From Tubiluchus corallicola (taxonomy: Eukaryota; Animalia; Priapulida), in contig JAQGDQ010000001.1 in the NCBI GenBank assembly GCA_030141605.1, positions 186,001 through 250,000 of the forward strand: a stretch of DNA of 64,000 bases, in the 5' to 3' direction. Shown in pieces: positions 37,912-52,900 of the stretch (positions are counted from its first letter, which is position 1; every line of letters starts with the position of its first letter). The translations under genes were made by a program, and so were the position numbers. A model generated the notes under the pieces. That model was not told the DNA's origin. It did no database searches and saw nothing but the letters and a program-made list of their open reading frames with translations.

Positions 37912-40900
37912 CTATTGCTCTGGACAGTTTTGTGGGTTGACATTACTGTGCTGATGATGAAAACCATTACTTGTATCACTAGTAGTTTTCAGTTCATTTT
38001 TAGTTGCCTCTTTTTGGCACGTAGCAGAGCTATTCAAATAAACTGACTCGATTAATTTGTCCCTAAAGTTAACTACCATTACAGTGATATTGTCCAACGA
38101 GCCTTTATAGTAAGCCTGTAAAACAATGCTTTTTGCTCCAAAGTGAGGCTCATCAAGTCTATCTTTTATGTATTTGGCTGCTTCCTCGTTTGAAAATGCA
38201 TCCCACAAACCATCTGTTGCCAGGATCATAAACAATGGGTCAAGTTCCCTGAGATCAAAGGTCAAAATATCTGGGTCAGCAATCACAAGGTTGCGATCCT
38301 TGAGTGGAAAGTCACCCAATGCACGTGATGTTGCAAGGACACCAGCAACACGCCAGACTCCGTTAAAACTGATAAACCCTCCAGCTTGTTTGATTCGCTT
38401 CCGCTCTGTTAGCTAAAAACAACAAAAGAAATAAAATACGTTATTTAAGACACATCACAAATGCATAATGAAAATAAAGTGGCAGTCATTAACAATACAA
38501 CAACAGTCATTCAACATGATGCTCTGAAAGTACTTCTATAGGTTTTACACGTCAAATGTAGACACAGGAAAGTTCACATGTGACTTAGGTAAGTCAAATG
38601 TAGACATAGGAATTTCTACATTTGAGTTAATGCAGGTCTACATGTGACATGTAAAACCTATATAATCAAATTACAATTGTTTACTGTGTACAACAAAATT
38701 TATTGCTATGTTTTGAATAGTTTTATTGCACATAGTTGTCATCTGATTATGGAAATTAATGGCAGCTTTCATTGGAGATTTAGAGGAAAGAACGAGTTAC
38801 TTAGCATGTTGGGTTTATTTTACTGTTATCACTTAAACTTTGAAAATATAAGAAAGAAATTTACCAAAAACTGTCCATAAAGCAGAAAGTTAATTTATAC
38901 TACAGCTGTACAGAAATTTTTAGGCGGGATGTGGCTGCCACTCACTTGAAAATTTTGACATATTGGTTGACTTCATGACTTTTCGTAAGTGCATCGTGGC
39001 CTTCCATAAGCGAGAACTACTTAAACTAATTAAAACTTCTGCAGCTTACCTAATGTTCATGCAAAAATAATACATACACAATTAGCTATGTAATTTTTTG
39101 AAAAAACTTATACTTTAGACGGAAATTGACAACACTGCTTTCTTTAATCGATCAACGACGTCATTGGTAGATGAATGAGCGTTCAAAATGGGAGCGTCCA
39201 AGCATAAAATAATCACGACTTTGAAGTGACTATACTGATTAAACAACATGCTGATCACACTGAATACTATATCCTTTTAACATTTTTCATGAACAGCAAA
39301 ATAAGATTAACTTCCCAGAAGGTTTGGCCTTTCCTTTAAGTGATTAAAAAAATAAAAAGGTCACTATATTCCATCCTACGTCTATCCAATCCAACAACTC
39401 CATCCAATTATACACGTCCACAAATGAAGTAGTTCACTGTGTAAAGTCTCCCTAAAATCAATGCATTGTTGCATACCACGAGTAGAACGAACCTGTAGTC
39501 AATGGATTAGTCCTCACTCAACGTTTTGGTATACTTAGATTACTACAAATCTAACCAATGATACGAGTATTCCCCTGCATGAACTCGTCAGTAAATTTTT
39601 AAACATTACGTGCATTATCAATGACAAATTCTTTCTTCATTTGTGCAATTCTTTAACTTTCTAGACCCCTCCTTTTCTGGAACATCCAACAAACAAAACA
39701 TACTTCAGTAAAAAGAAAAAAGTTAAGCTAATGGTATATTCACTACATATATGTACTGAAACACACATACAGCTTGTGGTTTGTGGTCAAAAGAGAGTGC
39801 TATTGCCTTCCCTGACCGATCACAGATTACTCCTCTAGAATCACCTACATTAGCTACCACTAGTTGATGATCTTTAACCATAGCAACAAGAGCGGTTGTG
39901 CCTGAAAAATAAAACAACATTATTTTAGTTTACAATACTAGCTCTAACAAATATCTCTGAAAAACCATCACCGCCCTACCATTGCCAGTAATAAGAACAC
40001 AAACATATAATAGCTATACTATTACATGGCCATAACATGATGGGAGAGGAAGGCAAGGTGGCTAATAAATTTTAGGTAAGTTATTTAGAAAAATGAGCAT
40101 CTTCTGGTTTGTAATCCTATAAATTGTTTTGAGAAATTTTCGAGGTTCAAAATCTTAAAAGAAAATTACAGACATTATAGCTTATTGCATCAGATAATAG
40201 CTATATGCATCCTAGCATCTGCGCCCCATGCAGTTGTCTCAAAAGCTTCTTATACTTCGTTAACTATGAATGATCATTTCCATATCGCGTTAACTACAAA
40301 TAAATAACACGCAAATAACATGGAAAGCGAATCTTATTAGAATGTTAGAGAAACCGGAAACCTTTGCTTGTTAGATATGCGCTATTAAATTCGGAATTGT
40401 AAATAGAAAACAGAGAAAGTCACCAATCATTGACAAATAATGGCAAGAAGTCTAATGCAATCAAAGGATCTGAACATGTTCGTTAAGATACACAGTCAGT
40501 GGGAAATGGGATCAAGTCCACATTTTTATTCCTTAATTTATTAATATTATCCTTATTTATCCATCAGCAAAATAAGTGCACGAATAGCATAAATTTTATT
40601 ACTTTCATCACAGGTTACCGTTCAGTATTCTGTAGTCTGAGGCTCTGACCTGACCCAGTGTCGTGACCTATTGACTTATTAGTATCGTGACTCCAGCTTG
40701 TTTACTTTTTAGTTATTGACCGGTCACGTGGCCGGGATAATTAAGCCCACTACCTGAAAAATATTTAGTGTACATCTACCCTTATGGCTCCTATCACTGT
40801 AGCCTTTAATCTATAGGTCACCATCCCTATAGCGCATTCTGTTTAGTTGTCTACCTGCAAGTTTCGTGACTCTAGCTCTTGTGCTTAGGCAGTTATTGAT

Positions 40901-43900
40901 GTTGTATCTTTTTTTAACACTTTTGCACATGTCACGTGAATTGGCCAGACCTACTTTTTGAAAAACACTTATTGCAAATCCACAGCAACGCGCGGCTAAT
41001 CATCAGAATATATTAGAAATTATAGAAAAGCTACAAAGCCCTAACAATAAACAATCTACAGTGCAAATTTGACGCCTGTGACTTATAAAACAGTGAATGA
41101 AAATGGCTTCTCGACAGTTTTGTTTTTCGAGCGCAGATCTTGCAAACACTAACTTGCAAACATTTTTCAACCCTTACTCGTCTTACTCGAAATATGCAAG
41201 TTTACGAACTGTGTAGAATGGATACTTAATTTTTTCTGCAACCGTGTATACGTAGGTGTTGGTTGTGATGACGCTTGTCACTTGTCATAGCTGTACTAGA
41301 CATCGTGGCACTGAAGGCTCTAGTTGTAATGGTGGCGGTGATGGTTAGTGGCTACTAACTGTTGTTATTTTTGTTATTATGTCGTCTTTACTCTTGTTCA
41401 CGCTCCTAACGCGAATTATTTTTCTTCTTTTAATTGTGTCATCCAACTATCTACCTATGCAACAGCGCCACCACCTCATCAATCCAATCTACAACTGCTC
41501 AACCTAATTGACCGAGTCATCAATAATGCGCGCATATTCCGCACAGTGTTTGTTTTTGTAAGAAAGAGCAGTGTATAGAATGTACACAGCTGATATTTTT
41601 CTTCTCCTATTCCCTTCGGCGTGGATTCGTAGAAAATGATGCCAGTGACCGTGAGTCAAAAGCAACAATATTAAACTGTGCTGTCCTAAACTCCCGAATA
41701 CCAGTGTAACTTAATCTTGGATACTCGGTCGCTTTTCAATTCTAAATTTTTTTGCTTCGTGCGTAAAGAAAAAAGTCTGTTAATTAGCGAGGGAGCCTCA
41801 AGACACAAAGACACAATGGGCTACTTTTCAAAACGCCGCCAACAAACGGAAGCTCATCGCAGACTTCCGGATTCCATTTTTTACTTTAAATGCTCCAGGA
41901 AAATAACGACTATTCCTTAAATATGCAGAGTTTACGCTGAATGCTTTACTGTTGCTGCTGCTGCTGTTTTTTTTTGTGTTTTGATCACTGATCACCCAAA
42001 TTTAAAATACACGAAACTTGAGCGCTGTTTAACAGTTAGATTCAAAGTTAGGGACTTTTTAGACCATTTTTTAAAATTTGTTGGCTTTCAGTCGGACAAA
42101 GATGCAATAATTTCAGAAGCATATACAATTCCAACATAACAATGCCAAAGTAGGCGTCTTTAATTTATTCGCACAGGAGATGGCAATAATTTGGTTATTA
42201 TTATTACTCCAAATATTATAGATCATGTTGCGAGGCCACATTCTAAGCACTTGACGCAAATAAACGGTTAAGACAGCAAAGCAGTCCCAACTCTTTTAAT
42301 CTGAAAGGAATTTCTTTAACGACCTATTTCGAAATTAAATTGGCTTTTAAATCTTTATGTGCTCGTTAAAAAATCAGCTCACTCGCCATGTGTTAAAATC
42401 AGTAAAAGTGCGCGCTATAGAAGAAAAAATTCTTTCGTTCACACTTTACAGGACCAGCAGTCCTCTCTCATACAATTACCCGTCCGGCAACTGGAACTAT
42501 AGTACGGAATTCTTTGGTACATGACCTCAACATTTCGAACTGATTAGTGGTTTAAAAACCAAAAAATAACATTTATTTTACTGCAACTCTTACACGTTCC
42601 ACTGAGCAAGCAGATTCATACAGTATAAAATGTTCAATAACAAAACCACAATCTTTCCTAAAACAAGAACTTTTTGTGGTTGTTTTCATGTCATTAAGTT
42701 TCGCGATATTTAAGAGTTATAGCTTAATTAGACAAACATGTCAAAACAAATAGCGATTCGTTGTGCTTGCAACCGTATAGTAGGAACTTGGTACCAATCA
42801 AGCTGATGGAAAGAACGCTCTCGTGCTTCAGAAAAAGAGATGGTGCGCCCGTCCTGTTTTCAGTGTATATTTTAGCGCCTTTCAGTTTGTTTAAAGTAGT
42901 AATGGGGAAAAAACGGCAATGGAATCTAAGCCCAGGCATGCATGTACTAGTGCATAGAACGGAATAGAAAATAAGATTCTCGAGACAAATTAAGACATAT
43001 TTGAGCCTTTTTGACATTTTATGCTGTATTGTCTTCTCGACCTTCCTTTTATTATGTCTCGGTATGTTTTATTATTTTTATTATTATCCCTAGTACCTAC
43101 ACCCCTTAAGCTGCCTTACTATAGTACACTGCCTTATCTCGTCGGTAAATTTTGCTGATCACTTATCGCTTTATCTGTACAATAATAACTTATATATTTT
43201 TTTGTTTTTAAAAGGTAAACTAATTTTCTAACTCCATTAGAATTTTGATCTAAATGACGTCCAGGCAAGCTACGACGTCTATTAAAGTAAGTAGCCCATT
43301 GAGCAGAGCTTGAAGGTCTGCACTTACATTTAGATGCGGACTTTTGTATCCATTGTATGTTCCACTGAAGGATAGTTATATTTGTACGTAGAAAGATAGA
43401 GTTATAAAAAATTTTTTAGCTTTTGCTTTTTTGCGGCACCTCATAATTCAAGCCATGAAGCTACAAAAATGCTCGTAGATAATAACTGTATGACAAGAAT
43501 GATTTAGCTTAATTAGTGTTGTTTGTTTACACATGACAGTGTCTGAGTCCCCTATTCATGTTTTAATTAGACACAAATCATTGATCACTGAAAAGGTTAT
43601 TAGAAAATAGGCAAACTTTGTATTATACAATGCGCACATCAATTATTACATAATGGGGAAGCAAAACATTTTAGGCACCTTAATTTATTATATAATGGGT
43701 TGATTTTATAACATAATGGGCACGTTATTACATATTAATCATTTTTTCATTACATAATGGGCCTTTGCAGACGTGAACTATCCAAACTGTCAAAGTGATT
43801 TGATTGAAAGTTTTAACCCGCTCATCCGAGAAGTTTATCTCAGCTAATAAATATTCCGAATAAACAAATGGTAACGCTCACGTATCACATTCCCGGCCAT

Positions 43901-46900
43901 AGCTTCTTCTGCGGTTTAAACAAAGTTATTATACCGTGACATCTGAAATGTACAAATTCAACTTTGTTGGAAAAAGGAATGCTCGCTGTTTGAAGTCCTG
44001 TGAAGAAGCCATATGGAATGATGCTGGTAGTCTTATGTAGTCTCAGTTCGTAAACTTGCATATGAGACTACCTAGTGTGAGCCACGTTTCACACTAGGTA
44101 AACGCTTTCATTTAACTATATGTCTGGTGCAAAACATTTCGTAAGTACTATAATTAAGTTTTCATTATAATAATAAAGTGACAGCAATGTGCGAATGGTG
44201 TGTATTTAGACCGAATGATATACAATCAGCGATAGCAAATGAGAAGATACTGTTGTAAAATATTAAAAACTGTCTACTTTTGCAGGCTACGTTTTCAAAT
44301 TAAACGTAATTTACTTAATCACATTTTGTTAGCACATGTATAATTATTTTGGAAGTTTCAAAGTGTGCACAAGCTTACGTGACCTATAGATACATGCAAA
44401 CGAATAATAAAATTAATAGAAAACTACTGAACATCCTATGCTTGCTCTTTGAATTCCTCTAGATTAAATGTTGTTAATTATTGTTAACTAAAGATTATCA
44501 TTATTATTATTATTATAACTATAGATTTAATACATTAAAGCAATATTCATATTCATATTATATTCATCCCATAAATCCAATTCAAATGTGATATGTCTTG
44601 GTAACGAATGGGATATGAATTATGATACAATTATGCAGGATTTTACAGATTTTTAATTAACTAAAAAAATTTACTCATGTGAACCTGCTAAAGAATATAA
44701 ATTATTCCTACATTCAACTGTGGCTACTAAATCACTTCTTCTGTATTTCAAACTGACGAAATATTATTTGTGTATAGAGGTGATATTAGCAACAATTTAG
44801 GGTGTATCTTTGTAGAAAAAATATGTATTAGCAACCTTGATAAGCAATAAGGTTTCAGGTCCATAGTTATTAGAATCTTACCAGCGACATCGCTTATGGT
44901 ACGTGCTGCTGTCAGCAGCTCTTCGTCTACTGCTAAGATTTCTTCTGTCAGAATTTCAGCAAAATTTAATTCTTCCTCCGGACTAGTGCAGTCGTCATGG
45001 TAACCCTCATCTTCCTGACTGTAAGAACTTGATTTTGGAAGAAGACGCGTAATCAAAGACTTGAACAGCATCTTGGATGCAAAGTCAGCAGCAAACTGAA
45101 AAAAATTGGCTGATTAGTAACCAATTATTTCAATTGTAATGGAATGTTATACAAATGCTCGAAAAAACTTTAAAATATTTTAAGCACAGTCAGAAACATT
45201 TTATTGGATTACAAATTAATTTACCCTATGCCAGATTTAAATTGAAAAATACTGCTATTTTTGATCATAAAGTTTACAGCCGGGTACATAAAAATGACAA
45301 TTCCTTTTTTATAGACTTCCAATTATACGCATTCTCAAGAAAATTTAACGTAGCCTAGGTTATAAAGTGCTATTCAGAACATTTAAATACACCTACACGG
45401 CTGTCTTACAAACAAGAGTTTAGACCAGAAAGTGTGAATTTAAGCAACTTTCATAGTTACATATTACACAAATTCAAACGCGTCTGTATGATTTCATCAA
45501 TGAACATTTGAAATAAGAAAGTGTACCATAGGTCTATCGTCGTCGTCGTCGTCGTCATCACCATCATGCCAACAATCTGAAACTGATTTAATTCTAATCA
45601 CTCAGTTTGAGTTCAAGGCTAGAAGAAAGCGGACAGAACTAGAGACTTATGATCACATTCTTACTTGTCAGCTGCTGATATTAAAATATAAAAAATGATC
45701 AGCAGATGTCAGACTGTGCGAAGTTAGATCGACAAGCCGGCGACTATAACCGTCTAATCTTACAGAGGTAGTATGGGCGGGAGTGATAGCGTTAAAAACG
45801 ATTAAAATAATAATTAGAAATAAAAAACTCACAGTGCTTTTCTCATTATAACAAAACTAATGCACAAATACCTTTAGTTTTGTTTTTGCATTTAAATGTC
45901 GAAATAATACGTAGGGAGATCGTAACCATCACTCACAGTTTAAGTAGCCTTAGCCTCGCCCAGATTACTTGAAAAAATATAACATTTGCTTGACACTTAA
46001 ATGATATGTACGTTGCAGTCATTTTGTTAAACACTTAACCATAGGGGCACAGCCTGTATACAGGTTACCACCGTTTCAACTAAAGCTAATAAAATTAATT
46101 TCTGCAAGACTGGGACTCGGTTCAATATTTTGCGAAATTGCCCGAGTTATCGGCCATGGGGAGGTCGATGGATTGATTTTTTGCCAATGACTGATGAAAA
46201 CTTGGCAGGGAAAATTGCTAGTGACCCTCCATTTATGCTTCTTTTTGCCACTACTGATTCGTTTTACCTCTACCCAGTAACTGAAGAAAAAGTAATTAAG
46301 GCTTAGCCAAATTTAAAGTTTTATTGATGAAAACACTAAACAGCTCATTCGTGAAATTGTCAAATATTGGGTGCATAATATGTAAAGCTTCTTTTACAAA
46401 ACGTCAAATGAAAATCGCAAGAATAAAGCCAAATCATAAAAAAGGGGACAAAAAAGGTTTGTAATTATCGCTCTATATAAATTTACGTTTAAGTCACGGT
46501 TATGAATTCCATTAGAATGTCTATTTTGCCTTGATAAATCACGACAAATCGGGGCGGGTGCGCGGTAAAAATGACACAGGAAATCCTGATCTCATTTGTC
46601 CGATTCTTTTGATTAAAAAAATTAACACAAAGACAAAAAAGCAGACACAAACATGTACATGTATTGGTATTATATAAACTAGCAAAAGACTCAGAAAACA
46701 TTTGTTAATTAAATTTATAATCAATATAATGCACAGATGTTCCACATAGTGTTTGTCTACCTTTTCACCATAAATATTGGCGATGGTAATAGACTGACAA
46801 ATATATACGTACCAAGTCATCTTATAGAGCTATACACATTAACAAGCAAAAGTTATAGACAGCGTTACACAAGCGAGATTTTCTCGAAGTGGAATCTGGA

Positions 46901-49900
46901 ACTAACACGTAGATGTGTGTCCTGGCGGAGATAACAAAAAAGAAGTACTAAACACTCCCTCTGACACTTCTACTAAGTGCTTCACGAATGTTTTTTGTAC
47001 ATGGTGTTTGGTAAATTTTGCGAAAAAAGAATCGGCGAAAAGATTCCCATTTTGGCACTCTATAGTCTATACTCTATATCCACTTATTTTCACAAAGTTT
47101 CTTGGAAATCTATTAGACAGTTTTTGCGTAATAGGCTTACTTCCGTAACAGACAAAAACAACCAAACAAACTGTGTTGAAGAATAATTACCTTGGCAGAG
47201 ATAAAATAACTAAAATAATTATACTCCACTATAACCCTAATCCTAAGCACATATATTACTAAGCGTGCCATTTTCACCTACTTTTCCATTTCTTCCTGTG
47301 CCATTTTTATCTACTTTTCATTTGTGCCATTTTCCTGTGCCATTCCTACCTACATTCCCCGGGCCACCCAGGTGCAACTGCTTTCTGGAGTTTTGAGCAG
47401 TCAAAATGAATTAATTTCTGACCAAGTTTTGAGTTGAGTTAGTAGTCTGATGAAAAAATTAAGACGAATGGCATAACTACACTAGATAAAATTAAACTAT
47501 GATAATCCCGGGTTACGATGGGAGTACTGAAACCATAATTGCTAGTCATGGGTTGACTAATCAGACCAAAACTGGCTTAGTATACAGCGCCATCTGGCTG
47601 ACCTTTTCGCGGTCTTTGAAACTGTAGTGAATAGCTGCATTGATCTTATCAAGCACGGGCGAGCAGCTGAAACTCATAGACACATCAAGAATAAGCCGTA
47701 ACTCCGCATGCCATATTTCTTAAATCAATGACACTGGCGTTGAAAGTAAGCAGTAACTTCACTAACTTGCGAATGCTGGCCTTGGACTAAAAGAAGTCCA
47801 GGCAGCAAATCAATGCAGCAGTGATACTTCCTCAAAAGTCGCAGTCCGATATGCGCTGTTCATGCGGCAGTCGTACAGGATTTGAAAGGACACGGCAGCA
47901 CAGGATCAAGCTACACATTTTCCATGTATTCACAATAGTAGAAAATAAGTACTGTTTATAATCGGATGTTTATAATAGTCGATATAATGGGACTGCTATA
48001 TATGACCAATGTTTTCATTGTGCCAATCCTCTCTCATTCCTCTCTCATCCGCATCTTTCATAAAGTTTGCTTTTCTTGTAAACACGTGTTTATATCTAAA
48101 TTCACCACATCAACACATACCACATGGTGCTTAATAAACATATTGCAATCCGCGCAGATGCTTATTCAATTGAACCGGCTTCGCTAGAGAGTTTCATTCT
48201 AAACGGGTAGTTAAGCACGCCATAATCAAAACGGTAGCTTTGTGCAGGGAAAATAACCCGGCTGTAATAAAAACAGATGATACTCCAATAAAAGCAAAAA
48301 CCGCTTGGTGGACACGGCGACTCGTTTCACCTTTTCCTCACTCATTCGTTAATTTCTTACCTGTTGTGACACTTCTATTACACAGAGGTTAAAGCAAAAT
48401 ATAAAACGTTTTACCAAATACCAGTGTTGTCACACCTCGTTTTCACGTTTTATTTTTTCTTATTACTCAATTTTTATCTGTGGTGACGTAGCTGTTACAC
48501 TCCCCTTGAAGTTAAAACAAAATGCATAAGGCTTCAATGCTTGTTGGCGTCATTTTCATTTTTAGTCATTTATCCAAAGAAAGAAGATAAAAGAACTAGC
48601 ACTCTACACTCCCTAGAATTTTCACACTAATAATATTCGCCATTGTTTTCACGTCTGTGCTACAGGTCAACAGGTAACTAAGGATTTCAACAAGGAACAT
48701 CCTACATTAAAAGCGACAAAAAGCACGACAGATGTCCTTGCCCCTCTCAGTACTCTGCAGAGATTACCCATTAGAAATCATAATAATTACAAACTGTAAA
48801 ATTAATAATCATAAATTGCCTTACACTTTCTTGTGTAACTTGTGTGATTTGCTGCCAGACAGGAATTTACGCAAGATTAATTTAACAGTAAAAATCAATT
48901 TTAATTTTGCGTATTTGTATAATTTTTCTTGTAACCAATCCCAGGTAACCACTTTTTAGGCAGTATTTCTTAGTGAACTTGTTGTGATCCAAGGAAAAAT
49001 AATATCACTAGGTGCTGTATGGATGCAAGGCCAACTTTTACGAAGAAGCTGTGTAGTGTAGAATCATGTTGCCTCCAAAAACGTAGCATGCGTATTTAGC
49101 TTAACAGGACTACATGGAAAAGTTTAGGTGCCAGTTGTATTAAAATTACACAAATTATGCAAGCACAAAACAACTATTGAACAATCTATTGTGATGTCCT
49201 TGAATGATTGACAAATGATCATTCACCAATGCTAATCTTTTCCGTAAGTAAATTACACAGTAAGTAAGTAAATTTATATGTATAAACTCCACACTGTATA
49301 ATTTACTGTGTAATTCAAGTTATTTATTGTGTAATTAGATTTCTTGAATTTGTATATGTCACTTTATAAAAAATTCCTTGCCACATGTTTAATTAACAGT
49401 TACATCTCAACTAACATGAACTTGCTTAATTTAATATAATGTACAATATTTTAATTACCGCATTTATATTTAAATTAGTGGAATACTTAAATCCTTAACA
49501 TTAACCCTTTGATTTTCCAAGCTCCATTTAATTAATACTTTGTAGGTTGGTTTGCTTTGTAACTTTCGACTCGTATTACATTTATAGTTTTTATACCCTA
49601 TATGAATTTTCATTTGGCTTGATTTTCCGTTCTTCAATCTTGTAACATGTACTTTCTATGCGTTTATGGCCTTTAACGCATATTAAGGGTTTAAATCGAA
49701 CGTTAACAGAGAGCAGAACAAAATAAATTTTGCAAGTTGAAGGTTCCGGTCCTAGAAATACATAAACTAGTTTTAGCTTGCCACAGCTTTTACTAACCAA
49801 GCGTGAAACAAACTGAAATATCTGCTATTACAGAGGAGCGTTCAAAAGAAACTTAGTGATTTTTACTGATTAGTAAAACTGCTCTGTACTGTTAACAACT

Positions 49901-52900
49901 GTCGAGTTTGAGCTAGTAAGCTTCAAGCCATGTGACAGGATTGTGGGTTACTCTGTAAAGAAATCTGGTTGTGTTGGAATCTGAGTGTAACTTCCGTAAA
50001 TAAGGTCACTAACTGAACAAGCTGAATGTAATGGTAACTGAATCCGTAGACATAAATAAACCATCAACTGCGGGAATGGTGGCATTTGTCGGTTTAAGTG
50101 TGGGTGTTTCAGCACACCATAGGATACGACACTACAACACGCAAACAGCTTTTTCATATCCTATCATACTAAAAATCAGTTTGAGTAATGCATGGGGTTT
50201 AATGGTTGTCATTTTCTGAATGAAGTAAAACAGACTCACACTGGTCAGACAAAGCTGAGTTCAAATATATCCAAGTGGTGCTGTAGCAAATGCAACGATG
50301 TCAGGCTGCCAGACAATTGATTTTGTTTACATTAGAAAAGATTTATTCAGGATAACTTGATAGAGCAACACTCGTTTACAACAAGGTCCTGACTGGTGGA
50401 CAGTTTGCAAACCATATTCAGGCTAATACTAAAAAGCATATATTTTGAACAAAAATAAAAACATGTGAAAATTTAAAAGCAGCTCAAATTTAAAAGTACA
50501 ATGCAATTAATTAGAATAACACTCTTGATAAAAATTAATTAGAATAACACTCTTGATAAAAAGCTAAAAGGTGACCCTTAAACAAGACCTATTGCTACTG
50601 TTCCTTAAAGGAAGACCGGATGTTTTTCATATACTGCCTCATTTTCAAGTCCGATAAAAAGTATATATTTTAACACAATAAATACTGCAAAAGCGTTTCT
50701 GATAATTAAATAATAGATTAAAATCTTAATTAACGGCGGGGGAGCGCAACTAGTGATGACATCACAACCAATATAAAGTTCAACATCAAAAACATTCCAC
50801 GAGCGTGTTGCACGTGTTTGTGAAATCGAAAATTGAAGTACAGTCCTACTGTAAGATATTCGGTGTGCTGTACAAAAACTCGGCAAGCTTTAAGATAAAA
50901 ATTCAAATTTCAAATTTACCAAATTTCAAAATTCAAAATTATTACAAAGTCATAAACGAACACATCAGAACTGAGAGGTACAGCACCTGTTTTTGTGCAA
51001 TACATTTCCAAAATGCAGGCGCTAGTCCCTGTCTAACTAGTGAATGGCGAAATGCATGCAACAGCGAAGAACTAGTGGCGCGAACATGAAATTGTGTTTG
51101 TGCGGTAATAATTCATTCATTTTTGAAAAAAATAGTATGTTTCCTTTCAATATTTTAAAGAGTCTACAGATTGTCTTGACCTACAGTTTTGCTTTAATTC
51201 AGTTGACAAAGAATTCCATACTTTAGCCCTCCTGTAGTATAGAGATTTTTGCCCAGCTTGTGTTTGGCATAGCTAATGGCACACAGGTCGCAACTGTGTT
51301 AAAAAAACTCATATATGTTTTAGGAGTAGTAAAATAATGTTCTTTAGTTTAACTTCTTGTTACAAAGATTATGTGTCCAAGTAACCATCTTATAGCAGGT
51401 CACAATACTTAGGTTAACAATGCTAGATGATCTGGAGAAAATAGGCTGTTTTCTAGTAAACTGTACATATTTCCATGTAGATACTTTTAATTTGTTTTAC
51501 ATGATTTTGATGTCATTATAGAGCCATCCTGTGTTTTAAAATATCTGATTTGAAATAAATGGTAATAAAAATAATGACAAAGGAGTGGTCCTAAAAATGT
51601 TGACTACTTCAGATTCTATCTGTAGTCGATTGCAGTAAGAGCATGTAAACCGTTAGCTCAGGCTGTGAAAAATTACAATTTACTTTAATTATATCAGTGC
51701 TGAGAAATGATCTTTTAGCTATGTCTATTGCTGGATCCATGTCTAGATAGGTCACATATGCATAGTGGAACAATCATTAGAGATGTAGCTACACTGAACT
51801 AAACAAACAAAATACTTGTCTCCCAATAACATAACTCGAGACCTATTGTTATTAGTTATGTTATGTTCTGTCAATCACGAAAAATAAACTTAAAGCACTG
51901 TTACAATGACATTCTCCTAAAGTCACTTATTAAAATATCTTACTTCTCCTCCATGTCCATCAAAAATTCCATACACAGAAACTCCTGTATTTTCAAAATT
52001 ATGAACCAAATTGAAGCGATCTTCCATGTGATGCCTTCGACCTCGTATTGCAAAGACAGCAATGTTTCCTTTTTTCAAATCCCAAGAGGTATGTTTCTAG
52101 AAAAAATAATCTTTGTTAGTAGTGAAAAAACTCTTAATGACAAGAACTGGAACAAAGTATTCCACAGTCAAAATATAGATGGGATACTATTACATCAAGT
52201 GGAAGAAAAATGAAATGCCAAAATACTAGCCACTACAATGTTTTGTATTAGACCTATTATATATATATACATGTTAGTCAATAATTGAGCATAGAGTTGG
52301 CACAGCTCCAATTATTCTATTATGCGATTATTCCAAATGGCACAGCAATAGCCAAAAAACATCCAAAAACGCTAAAAAAGTACAAGCGAACTGCCAGAAA
52401 TCAAATTTTAGAGAAACTTTTATAGTTTTACTGAAACCTGCGAAAAAAGCCTCGTGATGAGTAAGTCTGAACTTATATAGACATAAGAGCTAAAGATCTT
52501 AGAAACCGTACACTAAGTTAAAACATGCAGCAAGAAATAGAAATTTATGGAAGTGGCTAAGGCAAGGACAATAGACGCCTTGTTCTATTAGACCATGATC
52601 TAATCTGCAGCACTATCTGCTCATTCTGTGACCATATATCACAATAAAATTTACACAGTCCTCATGCTGCTTCGTCACTGTGGTTATAAAAAAATTAGTG
52701 TATGCTTCTAATTTCAGATGTACTAGATATATAACCAAACACTTACCATTGAATTACTTGAGTTAATATATTCTTCTTGAACATAGATAAAAGAATGTGC
52801 AGGCAGAGTCTGACAAGATATAAAGTTACTTAGGAAACAAACTTCAAGCAAAATATGCAACACGAAATGGGACTCTAAAGACTCAATCTTTTTAATTTGC

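Noticed and set aside
50505-50562. 28-bp tandem duplication (also an 18-bp one at ~12496-12531)
   Set aside because: Ordinary slippage duplications with no sign of function.
51863-52213. 116-aa plus-strand ORF
   Set aside because: Antisense to the PPM1L exon 51944-52096.
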